Notes: generated from the sequence alone by a model not told the origin. Shown: positions 50,022 to 63,029, counted from the stretch's first letter. The stretch: DNA of 64,000 nt from Vicugna vicugna (GCA_013265495.1 MU058213.1:7456066-7520065); one strand, 5' to 3'. Made by a program: numbers and translations.

Positions 50022-52185
50022 TCATTCTTCACTAATTTTGAACACGCAAAATAATTGTCTCTCCAGCTAACTACTAAAGGCCTCGTTAAAAATATCATAA
50101 TATGGAAGAGCTTAAGTGTGGAATAGACCAAACCAGAGGCCAAAGCTTAAACTCCATCTCACCCCTGAATCATCAGCAAGCGGTAAAATCAGGAGTCGGG
50201 GGGACTGACCGAGAAGGAAGCCTGGCCCGACAGAGTGGATGTTCACTCCTTCTCATGAACTCAACATACGCAGGCAATGAGAAAGGACTGACCGGGCAGG
50301 AGGGAGGAGCTGACTTTGGCAATGAATTATTAAAGGCGAGAAACACGTCTTCTCAAAAGATGATTATTTCAAGAGAGGACGGTGGTACATTCAGAAGCGT
50401 TTTCACCAGCGTGTTTTTGTGCCCCATCCTGAGCAAACCTTCACTGGACACGCACCCCAGGTGCGGTTATTTCTAAAATGTGAACGGTGAACGGAGCCTG
50501 AGAAACCACGGTCAGTGTCACCAGCAGGCACCGGATACCCTCAGTATCAGCCGACGCTCGGTGGGAGTGTACAGCACAGGTCACAAGTCTGAATGACTTT
50601 TTCCTGCTGTTAAGGGAGGGGACAGGAAGCCCACCCCTTTCCCTTAATAACAGGTTCTTAGCCGTTAGCGCCAGGACGTAAAGTACAAAGGGAAATTAAC
50701 TTCCATGATCAATATTTGTTAAGAAAAATACTCCTTAATTGAGTTAGAATGAAAGTAAATGTGCTAACTGCTCTTCAAGATAACTGTCTTGATAAAGCTC
50801 CTTGTAAGTACAATGTGAAGCAGAAAACCTGTTAGCTATTTCGTTTCTTCTTTATTCACGAGGGTCAGGTGCTCTTATGGGGTGGAAGTTGGGGAGGGGG
50901 AAATCTGGACTGGTAATATCTCGATGAAGTTGCAAAAACAAAAGGCAAAAAATCCGTTCAGTTGAACATTGTGAGCTGACGTCTGACTCTTTAGGTGGAG
51001 GCAGTGACGGGGCAGCTGTACACATCTGGCTAGGGTTTCCGGGATGATCTTAGACTAATCTAATCAACAGCCCTCGAATGTTCTGGTTGCCAGGTGAGAA
51101 AGGTGGATTTCTCTTTTCCGGTCTTGTCGAGAGTCAAGTATTGATGTTAACGAACCCTAATGCTATGGGCTTGACTCCATGAAATCTGAGGTTCCTTTAG
51201 AATCACCTTGAAAATTCACTAGGAGCAGTTCCTGTAAAACTCAACCAGTCCGACCTCTGCCCGCCTGGACCTCCTCTGAACAGGCCAGGCCTTTCTTCTC
51301 CTAATGATCAGCCACCCAGCGTCCTCCTCAAATGTCTTCCGAGTGTTTCCTACCCCTTGCATTTTCCTTGCTTCTTTCTTTTTCCCTGTGGATGCTGACT
51401 CCCAAGTTCCCCTCTGCTAAATTATGCTCTATTAGTTCTATAGCCCGAAGAACTCAGAGCTGAAGCATTATCTCTAACCTTATTTTGTATTCCTAGCATG
51501 TGCTGGAACCTGTTTTGAATTTTTTTTGCAGCCGAGATGCTGACACAGCTCCAATTTTGTTTTGATATTTTGATTAGGTGGGAGGGCTCACGACTGTGGG
51601 TACCAGGGTAGGGAAGAAAAGTCATTTTAAAAAGGCACAATGTACACCTCTGTTAAGGGGCTTCTTGTTTCTGAATGCTGCCCATTAATATTCTAAAAAC
51701 TACAAATGTTCAAAAAATACATTACTTATTGTCTTGGAGAAAAAAGATGCTAACAAAAATTGGAGTGGCTTGATATTATTTTCCTCTCACGCTTCTTATG
51801 TCATATCGATTATATCTGATTTCCCTTTTTCTTGACTGTCCAGCACAGGCAGGTGTAGAAAGCCCAGAATCCAGGGGTTTGTAAGAAAGAACATTTTCAA
51901 AGCCCAGTGCAGCTCTACAATAACCCGTCTTTCTAGGGACAACTGCTTCACTGATGGCATTGTTGAATTCATGGTTCCTGTCCCATAACCAGGTAATTCA
52001 TGCATTTCTCCTACAGGGAACCCCTTAGATGGGGCATGAGATTTCCCTTGAGCTTCCCCATAAAGGAAAATATATGATGAGTGAGGTTTTGTAATACCTC
52101 CATTCCTTCTATTGGGTTCGTACACTTCTTTTTGGAAGAGATTTATCTTCGTGGGGGCAATGCTACTCCAAAGCCTTCAGAAGTT

Positions 52186-52380
52186 CCATAGTTAGAGCAA
52201 CCGATACAGGATACCAGTTACATCTGAATTTCAGGTGGACAATGAATAATTTTTCTGTAAGGATGTCTCATGCAATATTTGATATCAAAATCAATATCAA
52301 AAAATTCTTTGTTTACCTGAAATCCAATCTAATTAGACGTTCGGTTTTGTTCTGTGTTTTTTCTAAATCTGGCAACCCTG
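52186..52380. mobile_element. MER53-like palindromic hAT MITE
   Basis: atacaggataccagttacatctgaatttcagg...catgcaatattt...tgtttacctgaaat...aaatctggcaaccct. Confidence 0.8.
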
Positions 52381-52589
52381 TCTGCAATGTGTAAGAGGAC
52401 AGGCCTCAACTCTTAAACCAGGACTTCTGGGTCCTCAAGATGCCAATTCTGAACCTTTTCTCTCTGCCTTTTTTTCCTCCTACATCCGACACTTCCTCTC
52501 TCCTCCAATATTGTGTGCCATTTACCAGCCTCTGAGTTTGGGTCATTTTCCCATCTGGAGGGTCTCCTTTCCTTCGTTGTCCCTGGACC

Positions 52590-52872
52590 ACTCAACCGTG
52601 CCTCCTCCAGGAAGCCTTCCCGGAATGCCCAGCCAAAAGTAACCTCGTGACTCATTTAGATCAGCGAGCTCTTTCTCTTTGGACCATTCACTGGTGCCTC
52701 TCACACACGAGCGAGGAGCCTGGGTTATCATCTTCCCTGTATACTGCACTCTTTCCAGAAGGCACACGCCCTGGCGTGGAAGCGGTCTTACCCTACAGCT
52801 CTCTGCGTGCTTCACAGAGTCCAGTCCAAGGCCCTTCATGTGGTCAGTGCTTCCCAGACCCCTACTGAATGC
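52590..52872 (+). mobile_element. L2 remnant
   Basis: cctcctccaggaagccttccc core motif followed by degenerate 3' sequence. Confidence 0.55.
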
Positions 52873-53879
52873 AAAGGTCCACTGAGCTCCTCTCTTCTGC
52901 AGCTGCCACTTTCCCTCGCTTGGTTCCCTGCATGGAGGGGAAGCTCAGGGCTTCCTCCAGTGTGAGCCTGTGGGCACACGGGAAGCCTCCACACCTGCCT
53001 TTAGCCACAGACCTGATTAAAAGTTTCACGGCCCGATCCATTCCTCATGGACATGTGAGTAAATCATGCAAAACCCCATCTTCTGTGGACAAGGCCTTTA
53101 AGCTCTCTCAACATTAGATGTCTCATCCGGGAGAAGGGTCAGATACCCACCTGCTCCCACGATACACATCATCTTGAAAAACATAGGTATCATGGTGTCT
53201 GGAGTGCATTTGGTGATGAGGGTGAGAACAGAAAATAAACTTCTCTAAAGTGTAGACCGTTTAAACTGGATGTTTGGGTTTTTCTTGAGGATTTCAGGGC
53301 CAATGCCAGTGTCAAATCTTCAATCATGATTGATGGGATGGGACTTAAAAATGACACAGCTGGAGCGAAACCCAGCTGGAGTGTAAGTGTCAGGACTCTG
53401 GCCACACTAGGGTCCTTTGTCACGGTGCCTGGGAATTTACATTCAAACTATGTCTTGTGATGGTCTGGACTTAGAAATATGCAGAAAAGGAAATTCTAGG
53501 AAGAACACAACAGTGACAGTGGCTCTAGCTTTCTTTGAAAACAGCTTTAAATCGTTTTCATTTTTCCATTTTGCTTTCCCTCTTATTCATATTGTTCTCC
53601 ATACCTCGTGTGAGCTGTTGAGCAGCTCATGAATCAGGGTTTTCAGAGCAGGGCAGCCCGGCAAGAGGTGTTCCGTACACCTTGCTAGGACTTGCTTTCC
53701 TTCCTGCTCTTGTTGCATTGCCGTAAAGACCGCGGGGCTTTCGTTTACCTGGAAGCCCTGACATCAGGCTGAGCCACCCAGGATGCCTGTGCGAGCCAGG
53801 ACTGCCCAGCGTCCCTGCAAAACCTCATGTAGCCGCTGGACCGTTTGTCTGCTGTGGTTCCTCCTCCCCACACTCACAT

Positions 53880-54060
53880 TCCAGGCTCAATTAGTGGAAA
53901 CCCAGTCTTACATCCACACCACAGCAGCACATTAAAATGTCTTCGATTAAGCCCTGGATTAGCATGGGCCCCGACTTTATCTTAATTGCCGATTAAGATT
54001 AATCCCTCCAGGGAGTTTTCCAAAGCTGCTTTATTACCATGGGGTGAATCATGACATATT
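53880..54060. promoter_or_regulatory. Homeodomain-site cluster, candidate enhancer
   Basis: GATTA at 53945, 53957, 53991 and 53997, including GGATTA (53956) and TAATCC (54000), plus further TAAT cores. Confidence 0.45.
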
Positions 54061-56796
54061 TTGGGTCACAAGTGCCATTTAGCTTCCTCGGGCCGAAATG
54101 GGAGATCCAGACTCTCCCAGCTTGGAAGGAACAGGCTCTTCATTGCTCTCTGAAAACCACCACGGCAGCTCATTTTCACCCGAAGTTTCAGGGGGAAGGA
54201 AGCCTTGATCCGTGGTGACAAGTCTACGGATGTTGCAGCCTAGAAAGTCATAAGCTTTCAGATGGGCTCTTGGCTTTAAATATCTATGGTGAATTTTAAC
54301 CTGAAACATGATCTTCTTGATACACTCAGTGTTGGCCTTATTATTCAATGATTTGCTTTAACGTCCCCCCACCCACCTCTCTTTTTCTCTTTCTAAATGG
54401 ATACACACAATTTGTTTTCTGGACTGTCTGGATAAGCTATAAAGACTTCAGTGTGTGTTTCCTAAGAGCAGGAATATTCACTTACATAACACAGTTATCA
54501 ACCTCATTACTTCTATCTATTTTATCAATTTACTTCTGAATTCTGCTTGACTAAATAATCCCCTGGGTATCTGTCAAGATCTGGTTACAAAAGAGAGGTG
54601 GAAATCAAGAGGAAGAAATAATGTTTTCACTAGAGGGTGTAAGACAACTCTTTATCTTGAAGAAAGAGAAATAACCTGAAGAGTACACCGTGTCTGCAGA
54701 GTCCAGACCAACTCAGGAACTCAGGCTCTCCGCTTTTCTGTCCCGGGGGAGCCCCGCAGACAGCCGTGCGCAGAGCCCCGGGCTCACGGGTGCACCTCAG
54801 GGCTGGGCGGTGCCGGGCAGAGGCGGGCAGAGTGGCTACAGTCTTCCCCCCACCTCCACTGCCTCTGTCTTTTGAAACAAACAAACAAAAAAGCCATTGC
54901 TAACAAGCATTTCAAAACTGGTCGAGAAGGAGCAAATGTAGTTAAATAAAAGGCCAAAAAGGCCAACTTCTGGCCATTGAATGGATAAGGCCAGGTCAGT
55001 CTTGACTCTGCAAACATTCAGAGCCGTCCGCCCCGTCACACTGTGACACTACCCTCCCCAGCTACGGAGGCCTCCCCAGCGCAGAGGCCAAGAGGTCTTG
55101 CTTTTTTTTTTTTTTTAATAGGGGTGCGCTCAGCATTTATGTGATGTGTAGTAAAGACGTGATGTTAGCTGTACCTATTTCATTGGAATACATCTTTTCT
55201 CTCAGGTTCTACTTGCTTACGAAATACTGTGTTGCTATCCGGGGAGGCATCAGACCCCTAAGGTGGGACACGGCTGAAAGCCCCTTTCATGACGAGTGTG
55301 TGCCTCTGGCCTGACTCAGATTTGAGGAACTGGCTGGTGCCCACAGCCTGGGCTTCTGGAGATTTCCTAAGAGGGCAGTTCCCTGCTTTATACCCTGGGG
55401 CACCTGCCGCTGATACTGCTCTGGATGGATTAGCTTTTATCAGAGTACCTGGGTCAGGTGAGCCTGTACCGTGGTTACCAAGGTCAAAATCAGCCTTAAC
55501 GTTCCTCCCCCACTGAGCTGCCCCATTTCACGATGTCTTCATCTGAGAACGTCTTCCTCTAACAGCCATGACCGGAAACGGCTTAGGTCAGAGAAATCTG
55601 GCCAAAAGATCTCAGAAGGATCACGGAAGCCCAGCCTCCCCCAGACACACTCTAAAGACTCCTCCTTACATGGCTGTTGGTATTCCTGTGTTCCTCATAG
55701 AGTATTCTAGAAAAGAGAAAGCCCCTCTCTCATTTCCCTACCATGCTTGCTGCCCCCAGTAGCCACCAGTCTCAGTAGCACTTGTGACTTCAGAAGGATG
55801 TCCCCATATCAAGGTCATTCTAATGTCTCACGGTCATCACCTTCCTTTACACTGATGTCCTGAGATGCACCACGTTTGTCACGCATATTTCTGAATGGAC
55901 AGCAGTCATTTACGGTCTCTAAGCGTTCTCATCCGCCCCCTCCCACGGCGATCTTATTTTCATCATGAAGCAGAGCATAGGAATTGAGGACGAAAGCGCT
56001 CTCTTTTGTTAAACCCACATTCTAACCATGTTCCTTAGATTCTATTACAAAACAACCATTGGCTTTAACTGGAAACTTGAAAATTTAGGGTAATTGTAGT
56101 ATCAATTCATGATTACTCAACACATTTCCTCAACTTCCTTTGTGACTGATACTTTGAGTTTATTACGGTAACCTGCTCTGAATAAAGTGTGTTGTTCTGG
56201 AACAGTGGGGTCTCAGACACCCCACACCTCCAAGGTTTCCCACCTATGAATCACATGGCTGCCAAAACATCTTTGCCCTCTGCCTTCCTCTTTCAACTCT
56301 TCTCTCTGAAGTTCCTTCCACTTGCACTGGGCTTCCTGGCTCTGCCTTCAGCATCAGTAGTAACGTGACTCTCAAAGAATGGGATTTCCACGTTATTCTG
56401 ATCCAAGCTGCAAATGATTAGATTCCCTACCGAGCCCCGATGGCAGAATTACTAGGCTTTGACTTGATGGGACTGACTTCATTAACAGAATTCTCTCTTC
56501 AGTTGTTTGACTATGTTAATGTTGCTAGAAGGGAAAAAACCCGATTTTCTTATATGTAAGCTGTTTCCACATTTGCATGGGGGGTTCTCCTGAACAGATC
56601 TGCAGTTTTCTTCCTATGGAGACATTACAAGTTTGTTTTTCTCCTATGAAAACTAATATCCTGCTAGGCACTCTGCCAGGAGTATGCAGATTTAGTTCTG
56701 ATAAAAACTCTAGGATATTTCTGGCTGAAGCTCTAAGACCTCTTTTCTTTCTTTCCCTCTCTGTTTTCCATCCCTCTCTTATTAGCCCCACTCAAA

Positions 56797-56882
56797 GCAC
56801 GTGCACACACACAGGCACGCACACATGTACAGGCACGCGCGTGCGCGTGCGCGTGCACACACACACACACACACACACACAC
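56797..56882. repeat. Alternating purine-pyrimidine tract (CA/CG/TG) ending in (CA)n
   Basis: gcacgcgcgtgcgcgtgcgcgtgcacacacac... Confidence 0.9.
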
Positions 56883-57824
56883 TTCATTTGTGCCCACTTC
56901 GGAACAGATCTGCGTCCACATATTCCCTGGGGGAAGACAATGGTCTCTTTTCCTATTAACGAACAGTATGTTGTTGCAGATTCATGGAGGGCTTAATTTA
57001 ATAAACATGGAACGATGAATATGCTTATGGGACAGCAAACCTCTTTAGGTTTAAAATTACTGACACAGTAGAATGATCTCATGCAGCACCCGCGTCCTTT
57101 CACGGCTGGGTCGTTCTGGAATAGAGTGTGGCAGGGAAACGTCCCCGGCTCTGGGCTTCGACACCTACCCTTTGACTCCGTCTCCTCCATCCCTACGTGC
57201 CAGGGGAGGCGGCCGATCTGCAGATGTCAGCTGTGCCTGTGTGTGAACTAGTTCAGCCTCGAATTCTGTGGCTTAGTCCTTATTGGTAATTTGATGGGAA
57301 CCTGAAACTTCGTTGAAGGGGAAGGTGTTCTGCTGGCTCAGTGAGAACTGAGTTGAGCACGCAGGACACTGTGATCATCGACTGGCTTGAGGTGAAGGGA
57401 CTCGTGGCCAGTGTGCAGAAGCGGCCCCTCCCACGCCCCTGCTGCTTTCCATGGATGCCCTGCAGACTGCCTCCTCCGCACTTCCAATCCCACTTTCCAC
57501 AAAAGAAAAGACAAGACCACAGTAAGAGAGTAAGAATCAGATTCAGCTGATAAATTAGGCAGTTGACTTTGCAATATGATTTAATAGGGACTGGCCCCTA
57601 AACAGCTCCCTCACTGGCCAGGCCCTAGGCCTGACTCTCCAGTCCTCCTATGAGTTAAGAGAATCCTCACTGCTGACACCCTGAATTCTCCCAACCTGAA
57701 CCCACAGCAGACACTGCTAATCCATCACTGACCTCTTTCCCATTTCCCATACTCTCAAGCAGTCACGACCAATCCACTGGAGTTGATGTCGAAGCTGAAT
57801 CCTATTTACCTTCCTGGCTTAAGG

Positions 57825-58045
57825 CATTGAATACGCCTAGATTTTAGGGGTTTGGATCCTAGCTCTACTTCTTAAAAGTAGTGTGACTTTGGGAACTTAA
57901 CTCTGTGCCTCAGTTTCATTAACTGTAAAATGAGGCTAATTAGAGTTTCTTTCTGAGTATTAAATGATGGTTAGTATTACAAAATGCTGAGAACATTACC
58001 TGACCCACTGCAAAAACATTGTGTTTGCTTTTGTTTTCATTGTTC
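57825..58045 (+). mobile_element. MIR SINE
   Basis: gatcctagctctactt...gtgtgactttggg...ctctgtgcctcagtttc...ctgtaaaatgagg. Confidence 0.85.
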
Positions 58046-58539
58046 AAATGCAAATATCACTCATGAGGGATGTGTTACAGTGACTTACCCACTTCCCCTT
58101 CACCTTAAATGAGTCTGTCAGATGGCTAGGTAATCTCCTAGCAAGGTCTTCAGGAAGAGGGAAATGGAGCAGGGTCCAGGTCTTTGGAGACGCCAAAGGC
58201 CGCCAGGTGGGGAGAGGAAAGGCTGAGAAGCTAGGAGCACCAGCTGAGAGCTGAGTGCTGGGGAGAAAGAAAGAAGGGAGCATCAAATGCTTCACAGCCC
58301 GGCTCTCTCTGCCCCTCTTTAAACCACACTGAGACAGCAGAGCACAAATCCCCAGCCAAAAGGGTTGCAATCAAGCCATGGATGCAAAAGGCAGAGACAA
58401 GGTCTGGGGTTCTCAGAGTCCGGGGGTTGAGATCTGGCTGGGGGAGCAGAGGCATTATAAGAAGTCTTTGAACCATCATCTGCACCAACCACTGTCTAGA
58501 AACTGCATCAAGGACAGTGCGATCACTGTCCCTGGACTG

Positions 58540-58818
58540 ATGTCCTCCTATTCTGGAAGCCCTGTTTAAACCTGCAAGCACCTCCCCTGACCTGTTCTGC
58601 CCTCCCCTCCTTCCCTCAGCTCGTGTCACTTTCTAACACACTCCATAATTTACCTATTCCTTATATTCATTGCTAATTGCTTTCTCCCTGCAGGAATAGA
58701 GGCAATTCAAAGGCAAGATATCAGTTTGTGTTTTCTGACATATTCCCAGTACCTAGATCTGTGTCTACTCAACAGTATGTGGTAAATAAATATTTACTCC
58801 ATAAATAAATGAATAAAT
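58540..58818 (+). mobile_element. L2 3' end
   Basis: tattcccagtacctaga...aataaatattt...aaataaatgaataaatg. Confidence 0.7.
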
Positions 58819-59059
58819 GTTGTTAGTTCTGAAATGCAGTTCTCATGCTCTAAAACATTGGAGACCCTTAAGGACAGTAGCAAAAACAAAACCAAATAAC
58901 ACCAATTATAAATATTTGCACAGTTCAGTCCCCTCTAACAAAGTACACTCCAATTACTTAAGTGAAAAGCTGAAAACACAAACAAACCCAGAACTTTAGC
59001 TCAGAACTTCATGCTTGTGTTTCCTAATAAACACAGACATATCTCCTTTACAAGGAGAT

Positions 59060-59195
59060 GCCTCATGGTATCATGGAAAATCCACTAGCCTAGATACAGC
59101 AGGACCCTGGTTGAGGACCTCACTTGGCACAAACCAGCTGTGTGACCTTAGGCAAGTCACCTTTCCTCTCTGAGCCTCAGTTTCTCCATCCAAGT
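59060..59195 (+). mobile_element. MIR SINE
   Basis: agctgtgtgaccttaggcaagtcac...ctctgagcctcagtttctccatc. Confidence 0.85.
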
Positions 59196-59409
59196 CTAGC
59201 TTGATTCAACTCAAGTACTGAATGAGTGTCCACCTCATTGCCTCTAGCCCTAAGAGGGATGGCATAACCCAGCCTACTATCTAAATCTGATCATTGGTGG
59301 GTGAGAAATTAAAGCTGCACCCCCTCGCTCCCTCGCTGTGGGCAGCAGCCCCAAGAGGGTTAGGCCTTCGTGCAGACATCCTCATTCAGCAGATCAGGCA
59401 TGTACTCTG

Positions 59410-60180
59410 AGAGGCCGGGTGCTGGCAGCCCTGGGGCGGCCGAGTCCAGGCGCTCACCTCTCATAGCCACTTCGGAGACCAGAGCATCAAACAGTCATCT
59501 CTCCAGCACCGGGGGTGAGTGCAACACCGGAAGCCAAGGCACAAACTGAACTGCTGAGCCAGGGCTCGCAAACGCTCTTCCCAAAGGCCCACAAAGCATC
59601 GCAACAACGAGGGTGGGTGGCTGCCTCCTCCCAAACGCACACCTGTTAGGGTCTCAGCACTCTCTCGCATCCTTGACTATTGAACCCGGAAACATAGATT
59701 GACTTGCTGTTTAATCCAATAGTCAATACGAGCTGCTGTTGCATAGATCCCATTGACTGAGAACTCGAGCCATAGCCTTCGGCAAGGACAGGCTAACGCC
59801 ACTGCGCAGGCCTGGCGCGGACACACATCGCAGGCGGCTGGAAGAAGGAATCAGCCCGGACTGCGTTTGGTGGGAGCGGTCAGCGCTCGGGGATCGATGC
59901 GGCTAATAATTTTTGATCTGGCTTGTTGAAGAGCTGAGCACGGGCTTGTTATCTCTACGGTTTATGAAGGCCCTCTAATGGGATACAGTTATTATGATTT
60001 TTTTTCCCACACTCAAGGACCCGTCTTTCTCCCCCTGTTCAAAGAGAAGGGTTAAACACACCGAACTCCAAAGAGCCACTGCCCATTAACGAGCTCTCGG
60101 CTACGCGTTACTTTGGCGTCAAACCTGACCCCGTAGCGCAGCCCAATTACCAGGTTGCAGACCAGTGTCGACGTCTCACT
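59410..60180 (-). promoter_or_regulatory. CpG-enriched promoter-like region with candidate minus-strand first exon
   Basis: Raised CpG density; CCGGAA ETS cores (59527, 59686), CCAAT (59716), X-box-like GTTGCATAG (59738), TGCGCAGG (59803); minus-strand ATGAGAG|gtgagc donor at 59458/59457. Confidence 0.5.
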
Positions 60181-60689
60181 GCTGAGTGACAGTAAGATAA
60201 AGCAGAAGAGCTGGAAATTAAATGATATTGAGTATGCTCTAATGCCTTATATGCAAACCCTCTGCCTGGCAGACTCTCTGTTCGGATTCCTCAGGGACTT
60301 AATGATGGCAGAGGGGTCGAAAAGTAAATTTCTGAGAACCAACTCCTTTTCCCAAAGACTAAAATCGTCTCCCGCCTTCCCATTTCTCAGTTCCTGCTTC
60401 TTCACATGGAAGCTGGCTACTCTTCCTTTTGCTTCAGGATCCCTTCAGAGTAATACAAAGAACACAGTGTCTAATGGTTCAGGGCAGCCGTTTTCAGGGC
60501 ATCAGCACTAATTTCATTGCCTTCTATCTCCCCTCTGAGGGGTGTGGCAAACCGTCAAGTTTGCTTTGAGTTTCAGGTTTGGACACACCCCAGAACTCAA
60601 AGTAAAAATGATACAGGTTTAATAACAACTTCGAGGGAATCCTTTTCAAGTTCAAAGTGGACAGTAAACATTAATTAATCAATTCCCCC

Positions 60690-60850
60690 TCTCATCACCG
60701 TGTGAGGTTCAAGCCAGCCCCATTTTACAGATGAGAACATTTAGGTGGGGAGCATGAATGACTGTTCCCAGCCCAGGTGGACTTTAGTTGGTGAAGGGAT
60801 GAGTAATTTGAATTCCCGTGTGTAGTACGGGTCTGTGGAACTTTTCTCAT
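60690..60850 (-). mobile_element. MIR SINE
   Basis: ctcatcaccgtgtgagg...ccccattttacagatgagaa. Confidence 0.7.
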
Positions 60851-61231
60851 TCACAGAAATTGATGAAAACCCTGCCCCAGCTCAGGCATCTCAGCCTAGC
60901 TTAGCCGTTTTAATGCATTCGTCAGACCAGCATCTCTCACTCAGCTCAGTATGGCTACTGCCTACTTCTGGCCTCAGTTTTCTGGCCAGAAGGGACTGCC
61001 TTCCTCCAACATAACTCAAAGAAACTCAGATCAAAGGCTCACCAGTGGGTCACTTAAATGCCAAAGCCTGTCCAACGTCTCCCTCTAACAAGACTCCCTG
61101 AGTGTTACTAGCCTAGCTCTGCTGTGGAAGTTGTGTTCCATCCAAGCTGCTCACCTCCCCCTGTTCCTGCAGCCTCGGGAGACGTAAGACTGTAGCTGGC
61201 TTGTGTAAGGGGAAAGCTGTTTGGCACAAGC

Positions 61232-61289
<58 letters not shown>

Positions 61290-61320
61290 GCAGACAGATA
61301 GACAGACAGACAGACAGATA
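61232..61320. repeat. (GATA)n/(GACA)n tetranucleotide microsatellite
   Basis: direct reading. Confidence 0.97.
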
Positions 61321-61917
61321 AACAGGTCAACACCATTTATATCCTTTCACTATATGAACCTTTGGCTAATCTTTGTAATCCACGTGTCTTTTACAAAGAC
61401 CAAGCTGGTGGTCACTTTGTGGGAAACTGTATGAGGATTTTCTCAAGACAGTCCTGGCTGGCTGAGCTTCTGATGACCTCGAAATAGTTCTACATTTTTC
61501 TCCACGAATTATCTTAAACCGATGAGCACTGATATTCTTTCTAGTGACTAAAACGTTGTGAAATGGTTCTCTGAGACCCGTGAGGAATTATCTTTCCAGT
61601 TCATAAGCACCAAGGAGTTTTGCCTCAGTTCAGAGGGTGGTGATAGGAAGATTTCAGCTTTCCCTCATCAAAAACATGTGGATACATATTTTCCAAAGCA
61701 CTTGGGGGTTTCCAGCAAATCTTGATACATCTCACGAAAAGTACCTTCAGAAGCAACCGCAGTCTTCCTTCACAGAGCACACACGAAACACGTCTGTTCC
61801 GTGGGGAGACAGGAGGAGGAAGACTTTTAGCTGAGCCATAGTGCATATGGGAATTTAAGGAAAAACAGAGGCAGAGAAGGTTCTTTGCTGCCATGCTGGG
61901 AGTGGAAAAGTTTAGCC

Positions 61918-62065
61918 TAGTGGATCTCAATCCTGGCTGTTTATCGGAACCATCTGGAGAACTTTTGAAAACTCTCATGTCTATTTCAGTCCTACTGAAC
62001 TTGCTTCTCCAGGAGAAGGACGAGACAGGGGTATTTTTTTTTGTTTTGTTTCAATCTTCAAGGTC
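61918..62065. mobile_element. MER5-like hAT MITE remnant
   Basis: agtggatctcaatcctggctg...aaccatctggagaacttttgaaa...cctactgaa. Confidence 0.6.
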
Positions 62066-62665
62066 TTTATTTCTTGTAAATGTAGCCATGTTTCACTGGT
62101 TTGTCATTACTAGAAGATTTAGCCATGCTTAACTTTCAAAATACTTTTTTGTCACCAGTATGAGTTGTTCTTGCATTGCTCTATTATAATTCTCAGGTAC
62201 AGGACAATTTCTTTTATTTTCTAAATTGAAGTATATCAGGGACGGTCACAGTCATCTTCTGAGGCACCGCCCTCTCCTAAGCTCTCAGACCTGTCTCACT
62301 GAGTGAGGGCTTCCTCTCTGCCATGTCATGCTGCCTAAAGCCCTGGCCCCTCCTCTTAGGAGAAGGCAGCCAGGTGGTGCTTGCTCGCTCCGCTCCGGGG
62401 ATGTGTGCCACAGGCTACCGCCCCGGCAGGAGACCTTCCTGGAGCAGCCCCGGGCTGTGCCGCCAGTGGCTTGATTCCCAAATGCATACAGGCACCCATT
62501 AGAAACAGGTATTTTAAAAAAGCTGTACCCGTGATAACAGTGTGCAGACAAGTCCGGGGACCACTGGGCTGGTCAAGGGACCACAGAGTAGATCACCTAC
62601 GTGTAAGTTATGTTACCTGTCAGGGAACATACAAGAGGGACATTCCTTTAGAAAGAATTGGGCAG

Positions 62666-63029
62666 CCACTTACATGTGGAATCTAAAAAAATAATATAAA
62701 TGAATCTATATACAAAACAGAAAGAGACTAACAGGCATAGAAAACAAGCTTATGGTTACCGAAGAGGAAAGGGGGTGGGGGAGGGCCACATTAGGAGGAT
62801 GAGATTAAGAGATACAAACCTCTATAAACAAAATAGATCAGTGACAAGGATTTACTGCAGAGCACAGGGAACTGCATTCAGTATCTTGTAATAACCTATA
62901 ATGGAAAATAATCTGAAAAAAATGACTGCATCACTATGCTGTACCCCTGAAGTTAACACTGTATTGTAAATCATGTACACTTCAACAAAGAAAGAAAAAA
63001 AAATAAGACAATAATAACAGTAACAAAAG
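62666..63029 (+). mobile_element. L1 3' UTR fragment with TSD
   Basis: cacttacatgtggaatctaaaa...gcacagggaactgcattcagtatcttgtaataacctataatgg; TSD agaattgggcag (62654-62665) / agaatcgggcag (63030-63041). Confidence 0.92.

Noticed and set aside
3654..55318. Recurrent AP-1 heptamers (TGACTCA/TGAGTCA)
   Set aside because: Dispersed rather than clustered, and enrichment over background cannot be shown by eye
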